A DNA stretch of 64,000 bases, taken from Azolla caroliniana. Its lineage: Eukaryota; Plantae; Polypodiophyta. Position 1 is the first letter of the stretch. Each line of letters starts with the position of its first letter. Positions 1-12,800 of this stretch are shown in pieces. The notes beneath the pieces are model-generated. The model was not told where the DNA came from and did not search any database. It saw nothing but the letters and a program-made list of their open reading frames with translations. The position numbers and the translations under genes are program-made. The DNA lies in contig JBHGNT010000016.1 in the NCBI GenBank assembly GCA_043228905.1, positions 6,138,001 through 6,202,000 on the forward strand, given 5' to 3'.

Positions 1-78
1 CCAAGTAACAGTTAAGAACAGCTTCACCACAGTTGAAGAAATTTATCCAGGATTAATAAGTTTCAGAAAGTGCGGCAC

Positions 79-1525
79 CTGTATAGCAACTCTGAAGAAG
101 AGCTCTTCCGCAATTGCACACAATGATACAATAAACATTATCTAATGAAAACACAAGCGATGTGCACCACTTGTTAAAAGAGTGGCCGGAACAAGAAAAT
201 TAACCTCTATGACTAGAGCTTAAAACATTTTATATAAGCTCATGATTTAAAAGATCAGATTGCGAACCTGCCAAGCTGACAAACCAATGAAAAAGCTCAT
301 CAATTCTTCATCCTCAACATCTCTTATAGCTCTAGCATGAAGAGATTTTTTTACCACTTCATCCTATAGCCCGAGCAAACATATGAGAACAAGTAAGTAT
401 CTGTGCTACATCAAATGGAAATAATATACCAGGAAGCATAATCTTACATCAAGGATAAATAGAAGAGCCATCACGGGAGGTATTGCATAACCCAACCCTT
501 CCATGGCTACATCAGCTGACAATTGAAAACCCCCAATTCCATCGATTCCAATCAAGTGGCAAACAGTCTGTCCAACAAGCACCATTGCACCATAAATACC
601 TGCAATGTCATGCCCCAGTGTGAATGAGCCATTTAATTTCATTCGTATACAACAGCATAATGTCGGCATACCTTATGCTACTAAAGTAGCTTAAGTCCTT
701 AAAATCAAGAAAACAAGGATTTAGCTAGAAGAAACGTCTAGTTTCAAGCAGCTATTTTCTTGTATCGGGAAGGACTATAACAGCAATGGATGTTGTATTT
801 CATTTGTTGCTCAGAGTATTAATCCCAAGACATATCTATTTATTTACAACGATGGATGTAGCATTTTGTTGTTTGTCCGTACAAAAACGGAATATGCTAA
901 AGTAGAATCCTACACAATCTATTTAACAAGTGTTTGAGCACAATGAAGGAGGGACATTAGCTACAGGTATTAAAAAGGAAAGGTTCATACTACAGACCCT
1001 CAGAATATGCTAAATTACACACACCGACAGGTGGTTTAATGCATCGAGTCAAGTAGCAATTAGTAACAGAAGCATTTATTCTTACCAGCAACATATGCTA
1101 TCCGAAAATTGCCAGGAATCTGTTCCCACAATGCATCATTCGGCTCAGAAACAGTGCCATTCCCTTGAATCCAAGCATCATTCTAGCAAAGAATGATACA
1201 ACAAGAAAAACAGCCAAGCTATATATGAGATGCTTTGTTTGAGGGAATGCACGGAAACAAAAGAAGCAAGAAAGGAGAAAGGAAAACATGAGCACACTTA
1301 CCTTGATCGTGCTCTGAGGTTTGCTTTCATCGAAACTCTCTGAAGCGGATTCGTGAAGAGCTCGGGGTTTGGATTGATACAGTCTTCTTGTAGTGAAGAG
1401 AGGAGGGGGGAGTGAGGTAGAGGGGGTGAGGGAAGGGAGGAAGGCAGAGCGAGAGATGGGTCCAGCACTGTGAAGGCCTGCAGGGAGGATGGGACAGCCA
1501 CAGCCACAGCCATGGCCAAGCTCCA

Positions 1526-1526
<1 letters not shown>
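79..1526 (-). CDS. BCM1: CAAX-protease-like (CPBP/Abi family) chloroplast protein, BALANCE OF CHLOROPHYLL METABOLISM (BCM1/BCM2)-like; 5' part, continues past the window start
   Basis: GT-AG exons read in frame: 1526-1302, 1182-1086, 599-448, 363-268, 141-79. Protein: S/P-rich transit-like N-terminus, then ...GLGYAIPPVMALLFILD|DEVVKKSSHARAIRDVEDEELMSFFIGLSAWQ|IMFIVSLCAIAEELFFRVAIQ. The EExxxR CPBP motif and HARAIRDVEDEEL match the plant BCM family as recalled. Confidence 0.85.
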
Positions 1527-1560
<34 letters not shown>

Positions 1561-4500
1561 ACCTCCTCTGTTTTCCTCTGTTTTTTTTTTCTGTCTTATT
1601 TTCCTCTGTTTTTTTTACCCCCCTCTCTTCTCCTCCTCCTCCTGCTCTGATTAGCTTGATATGGCCACCCAATTCATTTTGTTGGTCTTATTATGTGTTG
1701 TGTATACCAGTATGTATATGTATGTACATGAGATATGTCCATAGGCATCATCACGATCCATGTGGTCCATTGATCGCGGCCATCCTGTGAGACCCATGCA
1801 ACCTCGACACACTCCTTTGTCCCCTTTACTTACAAAACAACCACAAAGTCTCCTACACAGGCTAGGTCAGCCTAGGCCAGGCCAAGCTGCACCCGACGAT
1901 TAGCTTGATGCCATCTCATTGGCTCTCGCTGCATGGGCCAAGGGAACCAGGCAAGGTAGCCTACTTCATACATACACAACGACTCGTTGCTCCCTCCCCG
2001 TCGTTGTGTCGTGTCAAGCTCGCCCAACAATTGCTCCACATGGACGATCCGCGCGCCCGTGAATGACTAACTACTAATCCCCGAGAGTCTTTTTTTTGGC
2101 CTGCATCGTACGCGAATCCTTTGCTGATGATGGTCACGACTCACACCATAGCATTCTGTATGTACGATAAAACACCCTTTATTCAACGAGTTGAAGGGGC
2201 CAGCTCGAAATGTGCACCGTGTGTTTGTTTGCAATGATTTGGCTCAAAAATGCAATCCCAAAGGACATTAGAGGAACCATATAATCTTTCTCTCTTTTTA
2301 CGAAGGAATATCTTTCTCCTTTTACACGATATCGAAGTACACTCATTTTAGCATAAGGCTAAATATCTTTTAAAAGCATGGCATGATTAATTTCACTAGC
2401 ACACAATTAACATGGACTTTTGATGTTGCTAAAAATGCTTTGATTTGTGTGTGCATGCGTGTACCCTTGAAGTTTCCACAGTATTTTATAATGTTTTGCT
2501 AAAAAAGGTGTGTGTGAGTGTGAGTGAAAGAAAAGGATTGCCTTAATGTGTGGAAGTTCGTAGCATTCTTTGGGCGAGACATTTTTTATAATTGGATGGA
2601 AAGAATCTTGAGTGGGCATTGGACATGTCAAGGATTGGAGAGTAAATTCCATATGAAAGCATTTTGCATGTGACATGTTAGCAATTCAAGGGTCAATTCC
2701 AAGGTTATTCACGTGTCCATATCTAACAAAAAAAGCCTACAATGGAAAACTTGCTCCATTAGCATTGTGGACTCGTAGCCTGGATAAAAAATGTGTAATA
2801 ATGGATGTAAGGAAGGAAATAACTTTGAAGGCGTGTAATACATATGTACCACACATTCATGGCAAGACAAAGGTAGGGCCTTAGTATGATGCAATCAAAT
2901 TAGGTAGATCCCATGTAAATATACTAGTAGTTGTCTTTCATTATCAACGAGAAAAACAAAGGGCTTTTACGGAAGTTAAAGCTTTGGTTCACATGATAGG
3001 AAGCACCTTATTGTTTTACATGCCATACAGTTGCTCGAATGGGAAAGATACATTGCGCATAAAAGGTGAAAGTTTGAAGTTAAAAGATCATAACACGACG
3101 ACAATCTAAAAAATGTAACACGAATAAGTGAGGAAAAGAATACTACTGACAAATTACGTACCATATTCTTCTATTACAAAACAATGCTAAATGTGCATGA
3201 TATAATGCATACACATCGTGTTATATGTCGAATGTATGTGGGCATGAAATAATGGATACACATTGTCATAAGTATACTTTGGACTAGCACTGGAATAAGA
3301 AAGTCATCAAATGATCTATGATTTATGTGTCCTTGAAAGCTAACTTGCACTTTCTTACATGCTTTTGTCATTCTCAATTATCATTATTATATTTTTTATG
3401 AATAACCTAAGTTTTACGTGTTCTCTCGTAAGGTCAATAACACGTGTATCTTCCACATGTTTACACGTCGTTGTCATAATTGCTGATCGTTTTCAATTCG
3501 TTTTTTATGTACCTTTATTGATTTCATTTGTACAAGCTGCAAAAATTTGTCTACAACCCACTTTACCACAAATATTACTACATATGTATTGTTCAAATTG
3601 TGATGGGAAATGCAAGGATGTTCAAGGAAATATCATAAGTTTTGTAAACATAGAGGTTTGATTCTGGAGAATGTACTACAAGTCCAAGGTGATCATAAGT
3701 AGTGCTAGGTAAACTATTATACGTTGCTACAATTAATATTGACAAGACCCCTAGTATTTCTCATAATATTAAAAAGTAGGGATACTTTTCTTAAACATAA
3801 GTATTTATACCTAAGGACAAAAGTAAAAGGGAAGCATGAGTGAGATTTAACATTAGAACTCCAATCTCCAATATAATAAATCAAAAGCTAGAAGGTTTAA
3901 AGAAAGCATGTGATTAAGGTTGCATCACAGCTAATTAGATTGATCTAATTATGTCACAAGTTATTCTAATTACTATAGTTACGTTGCATTGATATTCTAA
4001 TATGGTTTGCCTGAATTAAAAAAATCACTTTAGTAGCTTGCAAATTCAACCTGCACATTTTCCTTCTTATTAAAGTATATGATTAAGAAAATCATACATT
4101 CCTCTTGCTAGAGTTATATAAGGTAGTTTCGATATTATGCAAAGTTCAAATGATATAATTGATATTACCCCATGATCAAGACCAACCACCACTGTAAAGG
4201 CGAGATCGTGTTGATCTCATGCCTACTAAGTGAGTGGAATGTGATGAACTTTCACAAAAATAGCATGGGGAGGTCAAATGAATACGACCAAATACGTTGT
4301 TGGTCCATTGGAACTATTTAGCATATGTTACCAACTCTCCATAAGCTTGTTTGATTTTATTGTAATGAATAATGTTAGCATTAATTGTCATTACTAATTG
4401 ATTGAATGTGTGCACAACAGCACAAGCTACGTTATAGGTTGATCCGATTATTTTTTCTATCAAGAAAATATGTTCGATGCAATGATGGTTGTAGTCTAGA

Positions 4501-4925
4501 TAGAAGATAGTAATTGAAAGGTTTAGGGTGCTAAAATTGGCCTACACGGCTATATTGAGAATCTTAAACAGTGCACATCAAATACCTTATAATAAAACAT
4601 CACTTTTAAGCCTTATCTTCTAAAGCAAAAGCAGAGGCCCTTAGTCAATTCAAAGATCCTCATTCTTTGTCCTCGTCCACTATGCATACACAAGGACTTG
4701 TCTTACGCAACATCACATTAATCTATCGTTTTGTATCGTAATTAGCTTACCCTATCAATCCCATTTGGATAGTGGATGGAGCTCTTGAATCGTGGGGTGG
4801 CTCGCGTTGCGTGATTGACTTTAGCCATGGCCGATCATGGTTGGTTTTCCCCCTCCCCATTATTCGTACAAATCAATGGCCAATCAAGAGTAACTTGTTA
4901 TTTAGTTCGAGGTCCAACATTCAAG

Positions 4926-5701
4926 CCTCTCTATTACTTCATACATATTCTCTTAATTTACTAGATGTCATTATGGAATGTAGGGTTGAACACATGACCT
5001 TTTTGTCTTTGTTGGATAACCAAACATTCTCTCTTTTTCTCATCGTAATTAGTTTACCTAGTGGTGACCTTTTTGTCTTTGTTGGATAACCAAACATTCT
5101 CTCTTTTTCTCATTGTAATTAGTTTAACCTAGTGGTAAGTTGTTAGGCTACTAGCCTTACATCTACCTGGGTTTGAACCCAATTTTTTTGACCTTTTGGT
5201 CTCCTTTGGGCAACATTACCAACTAAGCTCGCTCTCTTATTTATTGTAATTAGCTTACCCTAGTGGTAAATTATTACACTATTAACATTATGTCTTGGTT
5301 CTTGGGTACCCATCTCAAACCCCCCAATTTCCTCCCAATTTCCTTGACCTTTTGGTCTCCTTTGGCAACCTTACCAACTAAGCTCGCTCTCTTATTTATT
5401 GTAATTAGCTTACCCTAGTGGTAAATTATTACACTATTAACATTATGTCTTGGTTCTTGGGTTCTAAACCCAATTTCTCACCTCTCTATTATATACTTCA
5501 TACATATCTCTTAATTCAGTAGATGCCATTATTACACTATTAACATTATGTCTTGGTTCTTGGGTTCTAAACCCAATTTCTCACCTCTCTATTATATACT
5601 TCATACCTATCTCTTAATTCACTAGATGCCACTATGGAATGTAGGGGTTGAACCCATGACCACTTGGTCTCCATTGGGCAACCTTACCAACTGAGCGTTC
5701 A

Positions 5702-5745
<44 letters not shown>
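4926..5745. repeat. Cluster of partial and rearranged copies of a tRNA-like two-headed (SINE-like) repeat ending in (TC)n
   Basis: Repeated units GTAATTAGCTTACCCTAGTGGTAA...GGGTTCTAAACCCAATT and GTAGGGGTTGAACCCATGACC...CCTTACCAACTGAGC. The same unit recurs at 38.7-39.35 kb and inverted at 44.5-44.7 kb. Confidence 0.75.
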
Positions 5746-5748
<3 letters not shown>

Positions 5749-5759
5749 ACAAATGTCAA

Positions 5760-6245
5760 CCTTGAAGGTTGGTCTCAATATAAGGCAAGAAGGCATGTTG
5801 ATCATATCCAACCTTATCTCATTACCAATATGTCAAGTAGTAATGCTCGTAGAGCCCTCACACTACTTCGCACTCGATATCACAAGTTAGGTATCAAAGT
5901 TGCATCATGGTATCAAAATGTAAGGAATTTGAAGGCATGTAAAGTATGCAATGAAGGCATGATAGAGGATGAACATCACTTGCTCTTCACATGCTCGACA
6001 TATAATGCAATTCGTTCAAGACATGATGACATATTAAGAGGGAGTGATAACTTAAGTGCCATACTTAAGACACCACCTAGAAGGTTGGCTCATATGTGTA
6101 TGCCTTATTCACGCATAAAGACTTTTTGCTTCAATGTATGTCAGAATATTTTTGGGAAGGAGACACATATCAAGAACACATGTACACTCTTGTCCCATAG
6201 GTCAAACCTGGCCTCTTTATGAATGATAAACAATTCTTCTTCTTT
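5760..6245 (+). mobile_element. 3' end fragment of an RTEX-like non-LTR retrotransposon
   Basis: LRTRYHKLGIKVASW...CKVCNEGMIEDEHHLLFTCSTY (C-terminal Cys/His motif), then the family 3' hairpin GTCCCATAGGTCAAACCTGGCCT and a short (TTC)n tail. Confidence 0.75.
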
Positions 6246-6559
6246 TGTAAATAATAACTTTCATTATGAAAGAAAATATACCATCATGAGTCATGACTAA
6301 CTTACAAGGGAATTTGGATTCACGCCTCCAAGACTAACTTACAGAGGGCTTTGAATTTATTCTACAATCTAAATACCAAGAACTCACTCCCGACCTACAA
6401 ACCAATAGATGACGGGCATGATGGCCAATCACCATACATAACTATCATTCTTCATGTAATAGATTGCTCAACTTTATCAACAAAATGCCCGTTGTAAAGC
6501 ATATGAAGAAAGATTGAAAAATAAGGTTAAGGATATGCTTAAAGATGGAAATGTAGGCA

Positions 6560-9408
6560 AATAGGGACACGTGACCTATGAGACTAAACCACGTCTTTTA
6601 CGACTATGCTTTTGGAATTGCAATGGATACCCATGGAATGCAGGATTCGGCATAGAGGAGTTCCCATAGAGGAGTTCATCGGATATCACACTTCTTGTTG
6701 AAACATGGGAGCATGATACTCAAAGGATTCAAGGTTTAGGAAACTATAATGTACACTCTTTGATATGGGAGAAAAATCTAAGACAAAGAAGAGGACAAGG
6801 ATGGGTGGCACGTTTGATTAAGAAGGAAATAGAGAAATATGTGTCAATCGTAAAAAATGATGAACATAAATGCTACATATGGCTCAAAATAGAAACACCT
6901 AATGATTTGCCCACTTTTGTCGTTGGATGTTACATTCCTCATCAAGATTCTAACTTCTATGTTTGTTTGGATAAAGATCAACCTTTTGCAAATCTAGTTG
7001 ATGATATTGCTTATTTCAAATCCAAAAGGGAAATTATTGTCTTTGGTGACATGAATGCTCGTACAAGAAGTTTCCAATTTGATTCACAAGAATCTTTCAT
7101 GCCACATATCTCAAGGATGCAAGAGGATATGCAAATGTATAGTCGATCTTCTAGCAATGAAAAAGATCCGAACCAATTTGGGAAACTACTCCTACAAATG
7201 TGCAATAGTACCAGATTGCTTATTGCAAATGGTGTTTCCTTATGGCCCAATACTAACGGCTTTACATGTAGAAAACACAATGGAAATAGTGTGATTGACT
7301 ATGTGCTACTTTCCGAAGGTATTTTGGATCGTATACATAAATTCTCACTAGGGAATGGACACCAGAATCTGATCATAGGAATTTATGTATTGATCTCAAA
7401 TGTATGCATAGGTTTGATTGCGAGAAGGTCATTGAAGATAGTAAATAAACGCACTTGAGCATGAATCTTAAGTGAGCGCCCATGTATTCCAAGATGGTTG
7501 AGGATATGTTATAAATGACAAAGACACAACATGGTGCCACACTAGAATGCAAATGGGAAGCTTTTAAGAATGTCATTCTCTCTTGTACAAACAAATGTTT
7601 TTCGACAAACCGCACATCATGGAAATGCACCAAGAAATGTAAGAAAAAATTGTTTGATAAAGAATGTCATGAAGCTTGAAAGTGCCGTATGGTTTTGGAT
7701 GTAGTTAAGGATAAAGAAAATTACCAAAAACATTTGCATGACTATAAAAGGCTTATTCAAAGAAAGAGACGAATATGGGAAGTTACTCAACAACTTCTCA
7801 GTGTTATGATAACAGTCACATCATGCATCGAAAGGATCATGACACTCACATTATGACTCAAAAGGATTTGAACCCACAACCTTGTTGTACACATGTCAAA
7901 TCCTTAACCATTGTATTAATATTCTTATATGTATAGTCTCTAGAATATGAAATCTAATATCATAAGAATATTTTATATTACTCTACATTCTAGAATGACC
8001 TAGAATATTCTAGAGTGTTCTATACCACTAGAACCTTCTAGAATACTCTAGAGATCTTCTAGATTACTCTACATTCTAGGATAACCTAGAATATTCTAGA
8101 GTGTTCTCTATTACTTATAAATAGGGATCTACCACCCATCCCAAACCTAAATTGGTTCAACGCCATTTTGTAGCCTACTCTTTGTAATCCATTTTACGCT
8201 TCAATATAATAATTCTCTTTCAATTATCTCTCTATCTCTTTTTCTCTCTCTTTCTCTCTCTCAGTCTTGACACTCCAAACGCAAGAGAAAGCACATGCAT
8301 GTGCTAAATTTTGGGGAAATCTAAAGGGGAAACGTGTTGAGAGTTATGGTGACTTAACGCTTCATGACTTGTCTATGCATTGTAAGAATTTATATGAGTT
8401 ATCTGTTGCCGGAAAGATGATGTGTTATGGTTCTCTTTCACATATGTCTCCCTTCTTTACAATTGAAGATATATTCATAGGACTTAAGAAATCGGCCTCT
8501 CGAAAGGCAAGTGATCTTCAATGTATAAAAGTTGAAATGCTCAAATGGACGGGAAAGGAAGCACATATATGGGTATGCGATATGTTTAATGATGCATTGC
8601 AACATGGTATGCCATATGATTGGACTACAAATAGGATCAAACATTTACATAAAGGAGGAGATGTAAATAATGTAAACAACTACGAACCATCATGGTTGGC
8701 TCATTAATGGCAAAACTATTTGGATGTATAATGGAATCAAAGATAAGTGTATGGGCAGAAAAAAATGGTAAGAGAGCTTATGGACAAGCTGGTTTTCGAA
8801 AACACCATAGCACCATTGATCATCTTGTCACTCTTCGAGTATTAATGGAGGAAAGTTGCCTTAGAGGTAAAGGTTTATATTGTTGCTTTGTATACTTCAA
8901 GAAAGCTTTTGATATGGTACCTCGTGAGCATCTTTGGAGGCAGATGGAAGAACTTGAGGTGCCAAGTGAATATATGCTTGCAATTTCCCGAATATATGAG
9001 AAGGCTATACGTTGTGTGCGTATGAGAAATAGACTTTTAGATTTTTTCAATAGCACTATTGATGTTAAGCAAGGATGCCCACTCTCACCAACATTATTTG
9101 GACTATGCATTGATGAATTAGAAGAAATGGTTACCAAGTTTATAAATGAAGAAGTTGCCATTGGGAATGTTGTGATTATGCTTTGTTATATGCGGATGAT
9201 GTGGTGCTTTTTGCAAATACTTTAAGAGATGCACAAAAGCTTATGAAGGCATTGGAAAAAAATTGCGTGCATACTAGATTAAGTATCAATAGCTCTAAAA
9301 CAAAGATTATGCTTGTGAAGAGTCAAAAAAGAGATAAACCATGCATTATGTACAACAATGAGCCACTTGAATGTGTGGAAAGCTTCAAATTTCGTGACCT
9401 TGAAGTTC
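6560..9408 (+). mobile_element. Degenerate RTEX-like LINE, 5' part (APE endonuclease and reverse transcriptase), interrupted by a solo LTR and by a Gypsy element
   Basis: APE motifs WNCNG, ETW, GCYIP, GDMNART, SVIDYVL; RT motifs QAGFR, FKKAFD, KQGCPLSP, LYADD. Several frameshifts. Breaks off at FKFRDLEV at the Gypsy LTR. Confidence 0.9.
7802..8272 (+). mobile_element. Solo LTR (about 471 bp) inserted in the LINE
   Basis: TGTTATGA...TCTTGACA ends, TATAAATAGGG near 8116, internal ~40-bp direct repeat (about 7980 and 8066), CT-rich 3' end. The LINE reading frame resumes across it (QQLL|QTQEKAH). TSD is imperfect (CTCAG/CTCCA). Confidence 0.7.
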
Positions 9409-9880
9409 TGTTACCGGCCGGCAAGGAGTCCAAAATACGGAGTGAAGGAATTAATTAAGTATGGTTGTAAATGAGCATAGTGTGGACGGACGGACTGGAA
9501 ACGGTATGCCGTTCCAGATCCGGACGGATCCCGAATAGGTGCGATAGGCACCGTTTTGTACTACGGGCCGGAAACCTATTTAAAGGCCCGGACCCCATTG
9601 TAATTGCAGCGGATAATTAATAGAGCGTATGGTGTTTATACTTCTGTGTTGATTTCCGTTCTGTAATTACTGTTATATCTTACGCGTGTAATTAACAAAA
9701 GCGCTCTAATCGTGTAACCTACTTAAGTCGGTGTAATCGTTGAGTCATAATCCTATGCCGTAATCACCCTTTGGTGAAGTGTCTCCGTGACACCTTGTGT
9801 TAGGCCTTGTCCGGTCAGAGAACAACACAGTTTTGGCGACCACGATTCCTGCTTTCTCGCAGCGAACGACGGCTTAATGG

Positions 9881-12800
9881 ATGACTAGACCAACGCACGA
9901 CCTGGTTACAGACCGAGCTCGACGCCTCGCCGAACGGCAAAGACAGCGTGAGACTTTCCAGCAAGCAGCGCACGAAATTCGCTCGGATCGTTCGTTCTCC
10001 AACATGATCCGGAGAGTCGCGGAGGAATCTCTTCGGTTACAGCAAACTCGCGACCAGGACGACGGAAGCAGTCTAAGTAGTCTCCGGGAAACCGAACGCC
10101 TCCTCGAGGTGCTGGCAAGCGGAGAAAACGAGGCAGAAGCCTTTTCAGCCTACGAATCGGATTCCGAAGGGGGATACAGCGTGCACACGAACTACCGGAG
10201 CAGCAACGATACCCCCGACGGCCCGGAGGACGACGGGTCGGATACCGTGCCGACTCCAGAACCGGAACCGTTCGACCAGGGCTATCCGGAACCGCAAACG
10301 GAAGTCGTCAACCCACCAACACCGGAAGTGGAAGAAGCAAAGCCACCGACACCAACGAAAGAGCCGACGAAGGTACTGGAAGAAGAGCCGGTGAAGGAAC
10401 CGGAAGAAGAGCCGGTGAAGGAACCGGAAGAAGAACCGGAAAAAGAATCGGAAGAAGAACCGGAAAAAGAACCGGAAGTGGAACCGGAGAGAAAACCGGA
10501 AAGATATCAACAAACGCCACTAAACCGCGGCCTAATACTGGACGACGACATGCCGTTCCAATACTCAAAGTATCGCGATGATCCGGACGCGGAAGCGCAT
10601 GTTCATGCCTTCGAGCAGACATGGGAAGCAAATCACGCGTCCCAGCAATTGACACCGGAGGAAGAAGAACGCTCGAAGATAGCGGAATTCGGGGTCACGT
10701 TGGAAGGACCAGCGGCATGATGGCGGCAGACGCAGGACCCGGCAACCATCACAACCTTTGCAGAATTAAAAGCAAAATTCTTGCATTTTTTCCACAAGGA
10801 GGTCGACCAGACGATAATGGTGGGCCTATTTTATACGATCCGACAGGAGGCAGGGGAAAGCATTCCCCAATTCGTCATCCGTTTCCAACGAATGCATAGC
10901 CAGCTTGCCCGTGCACCCCCGGAGGAGGAATTACGGACGATATTTTTAAACGCACTCCGGGAACCGTTACGCACGGTGTGTACGGTGATCGACTTTCGAG
11001 GAAGCACCATTGACCAGGTCATTGACCGGGTCAGAGAAATGGAAAAGTCAAGCTCATGGCTTACACTGGGAGCACTGCAACGGGCGTTACCCACCGATGA
11101 AGATCTCCGGTTCCGGCAGGCAATTCAATGCACAATCTGCTTTAATGCCGGACACTCGGCAGTGGAGTGCACCATGCGAACCCAGTGTGTGATTTGTCAA
11201 TCCAAGAGTCATACAACGGACCGGTGCGAGTATAACCTGCTAAACCGACAAGCACCACCCATCCGACGGATCAAGCCAAGAAGCAGCCGAGACGAAGATG
11301 AAGATCGTTGGCAAAGAATGAACCGGTACCGACCGGCACAGGATGTCCGGTACGGAGATAGACAAGAGAATGATGGCCGGTACGGAGATAGACAAGAGAA
11401 TGATGGCCGGTACGGGGATCGGCATGATAACTACGACCGGTATGAGCGATCGGACCGTTATCGGGAGTCCAACAGAAGACACGAGCAATACGACAGAGAC
11501 CATTCCCCTGGTTACCGAAGGCACCAGGAGGACTACGGCCGATTTTACGATCCACCACGACAGGACTACCGAAATAAAAATAAGAATAATAAGAAACATA
11601 ATTTCAAGAAAGGTGGTCACCCTAGGGACCCGGAACATGGAACCCCAAGGAGCCAACCGGCACAGAACGCACCACTCACTACGGGACCGACTCCGGCTAC
11701 CAGCAATGCTGAATCCAGCAATACCCGTAAAGCGTACTGCTACTACTGCAGGCAGGAAGGCCACTACAGTAACCAGTGCCCGGCAAAGAGCTACGATAAA
11801 CGACCAGCAGTTAATATGGTGGTTCCGGAAGTGGCGGATTTACAGCAAGTAACCACACGGTCGAAAGGCATGGCCAAAGAGTGGGAAACACAAGAGGCCA
11901 TACGAAAATAGGCGACGGAATGGGTGAAGGAAGCCAATGAAAGGAACGTCGCGGACGCGGAACGGCAAAAGGCGAATACCATAGGGAGTGCCGGCGGTAG
12001 CCACGCAGAAAACGAGACATGGCAAACACTGCAAGAATGTCAGATCACGTTGCCATTAGGAAGACTCTTGCAGCTCGTGCCGCGATTTACGGAAGGACTA
12101 AAAACGATCATGACAGACGGTGTAGCCCCACCGGCACCAGTCCTCTTCTCGAATCCGGAGGAGGGACCGACGGTGGTGGACACTAGTAGTCCGGTGATTA
12201 CAGCTATTGTCAAAGGGCACGAACTTCCCGGCACAGTAATCGATGGAGGTTCCGGGGTGAACGTAATAAGCCTCCGCACGTGTGATGCCTTGGGTATACA
12301 TGAATGGGAGCCATGTCCGTTCTGGCTACGGATGGCGGATATGAGCTCTGTACGGTCGACGGGCTTAATACGGAAATTGGAAGTCACCATAGGAGGTCAC
12401 ACATTTCACATCTCGGCTGTTGTGCTGCAGCTACAGGCGCAAGGCGCGTACCCATTGTTGCTGGGCAGACCATGGTTGAAAACAACACACATCAAGCAAA
12501 ATTGGCGGAAAAATATGATTACCTTCCGGCGCGGAAAAGCCAAGGTCCGGGTACCGACACAACCACGGACGAGCAACGGTAAGGAATGCACACCGCTGTA
12601 TGCGGAATGCGTGAACATGCTTGAAGGGTTAGCAGACGACGAAGAAGCCCAGTACTTGGAGGAACACCCGAAGATCGTACCACTCTTCGAGATTGACGTG
12701 GCTGAAGCCGTAGCGCCATACTTGCCGCAGCGGGACGAAACCGAAGCTGAACCAGACAAAGATTCGATTCGGGAATTACGGCAAGCACAGGAAGCGTTGG

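Noticed and set aside
1298-1519. Alternative first exon frame MAMAVAVAVPSS for the BCM1-like gene
   Set aside because: Only the frame starting at 1526 splices in phase at 1302 into the conserved downstream exons.
4926-5745. CRISPR-like repeat-spacer array
   Set aside because: Eukaryotic context, degenerate repeats of variable length, no unique spacers and no cas genes.
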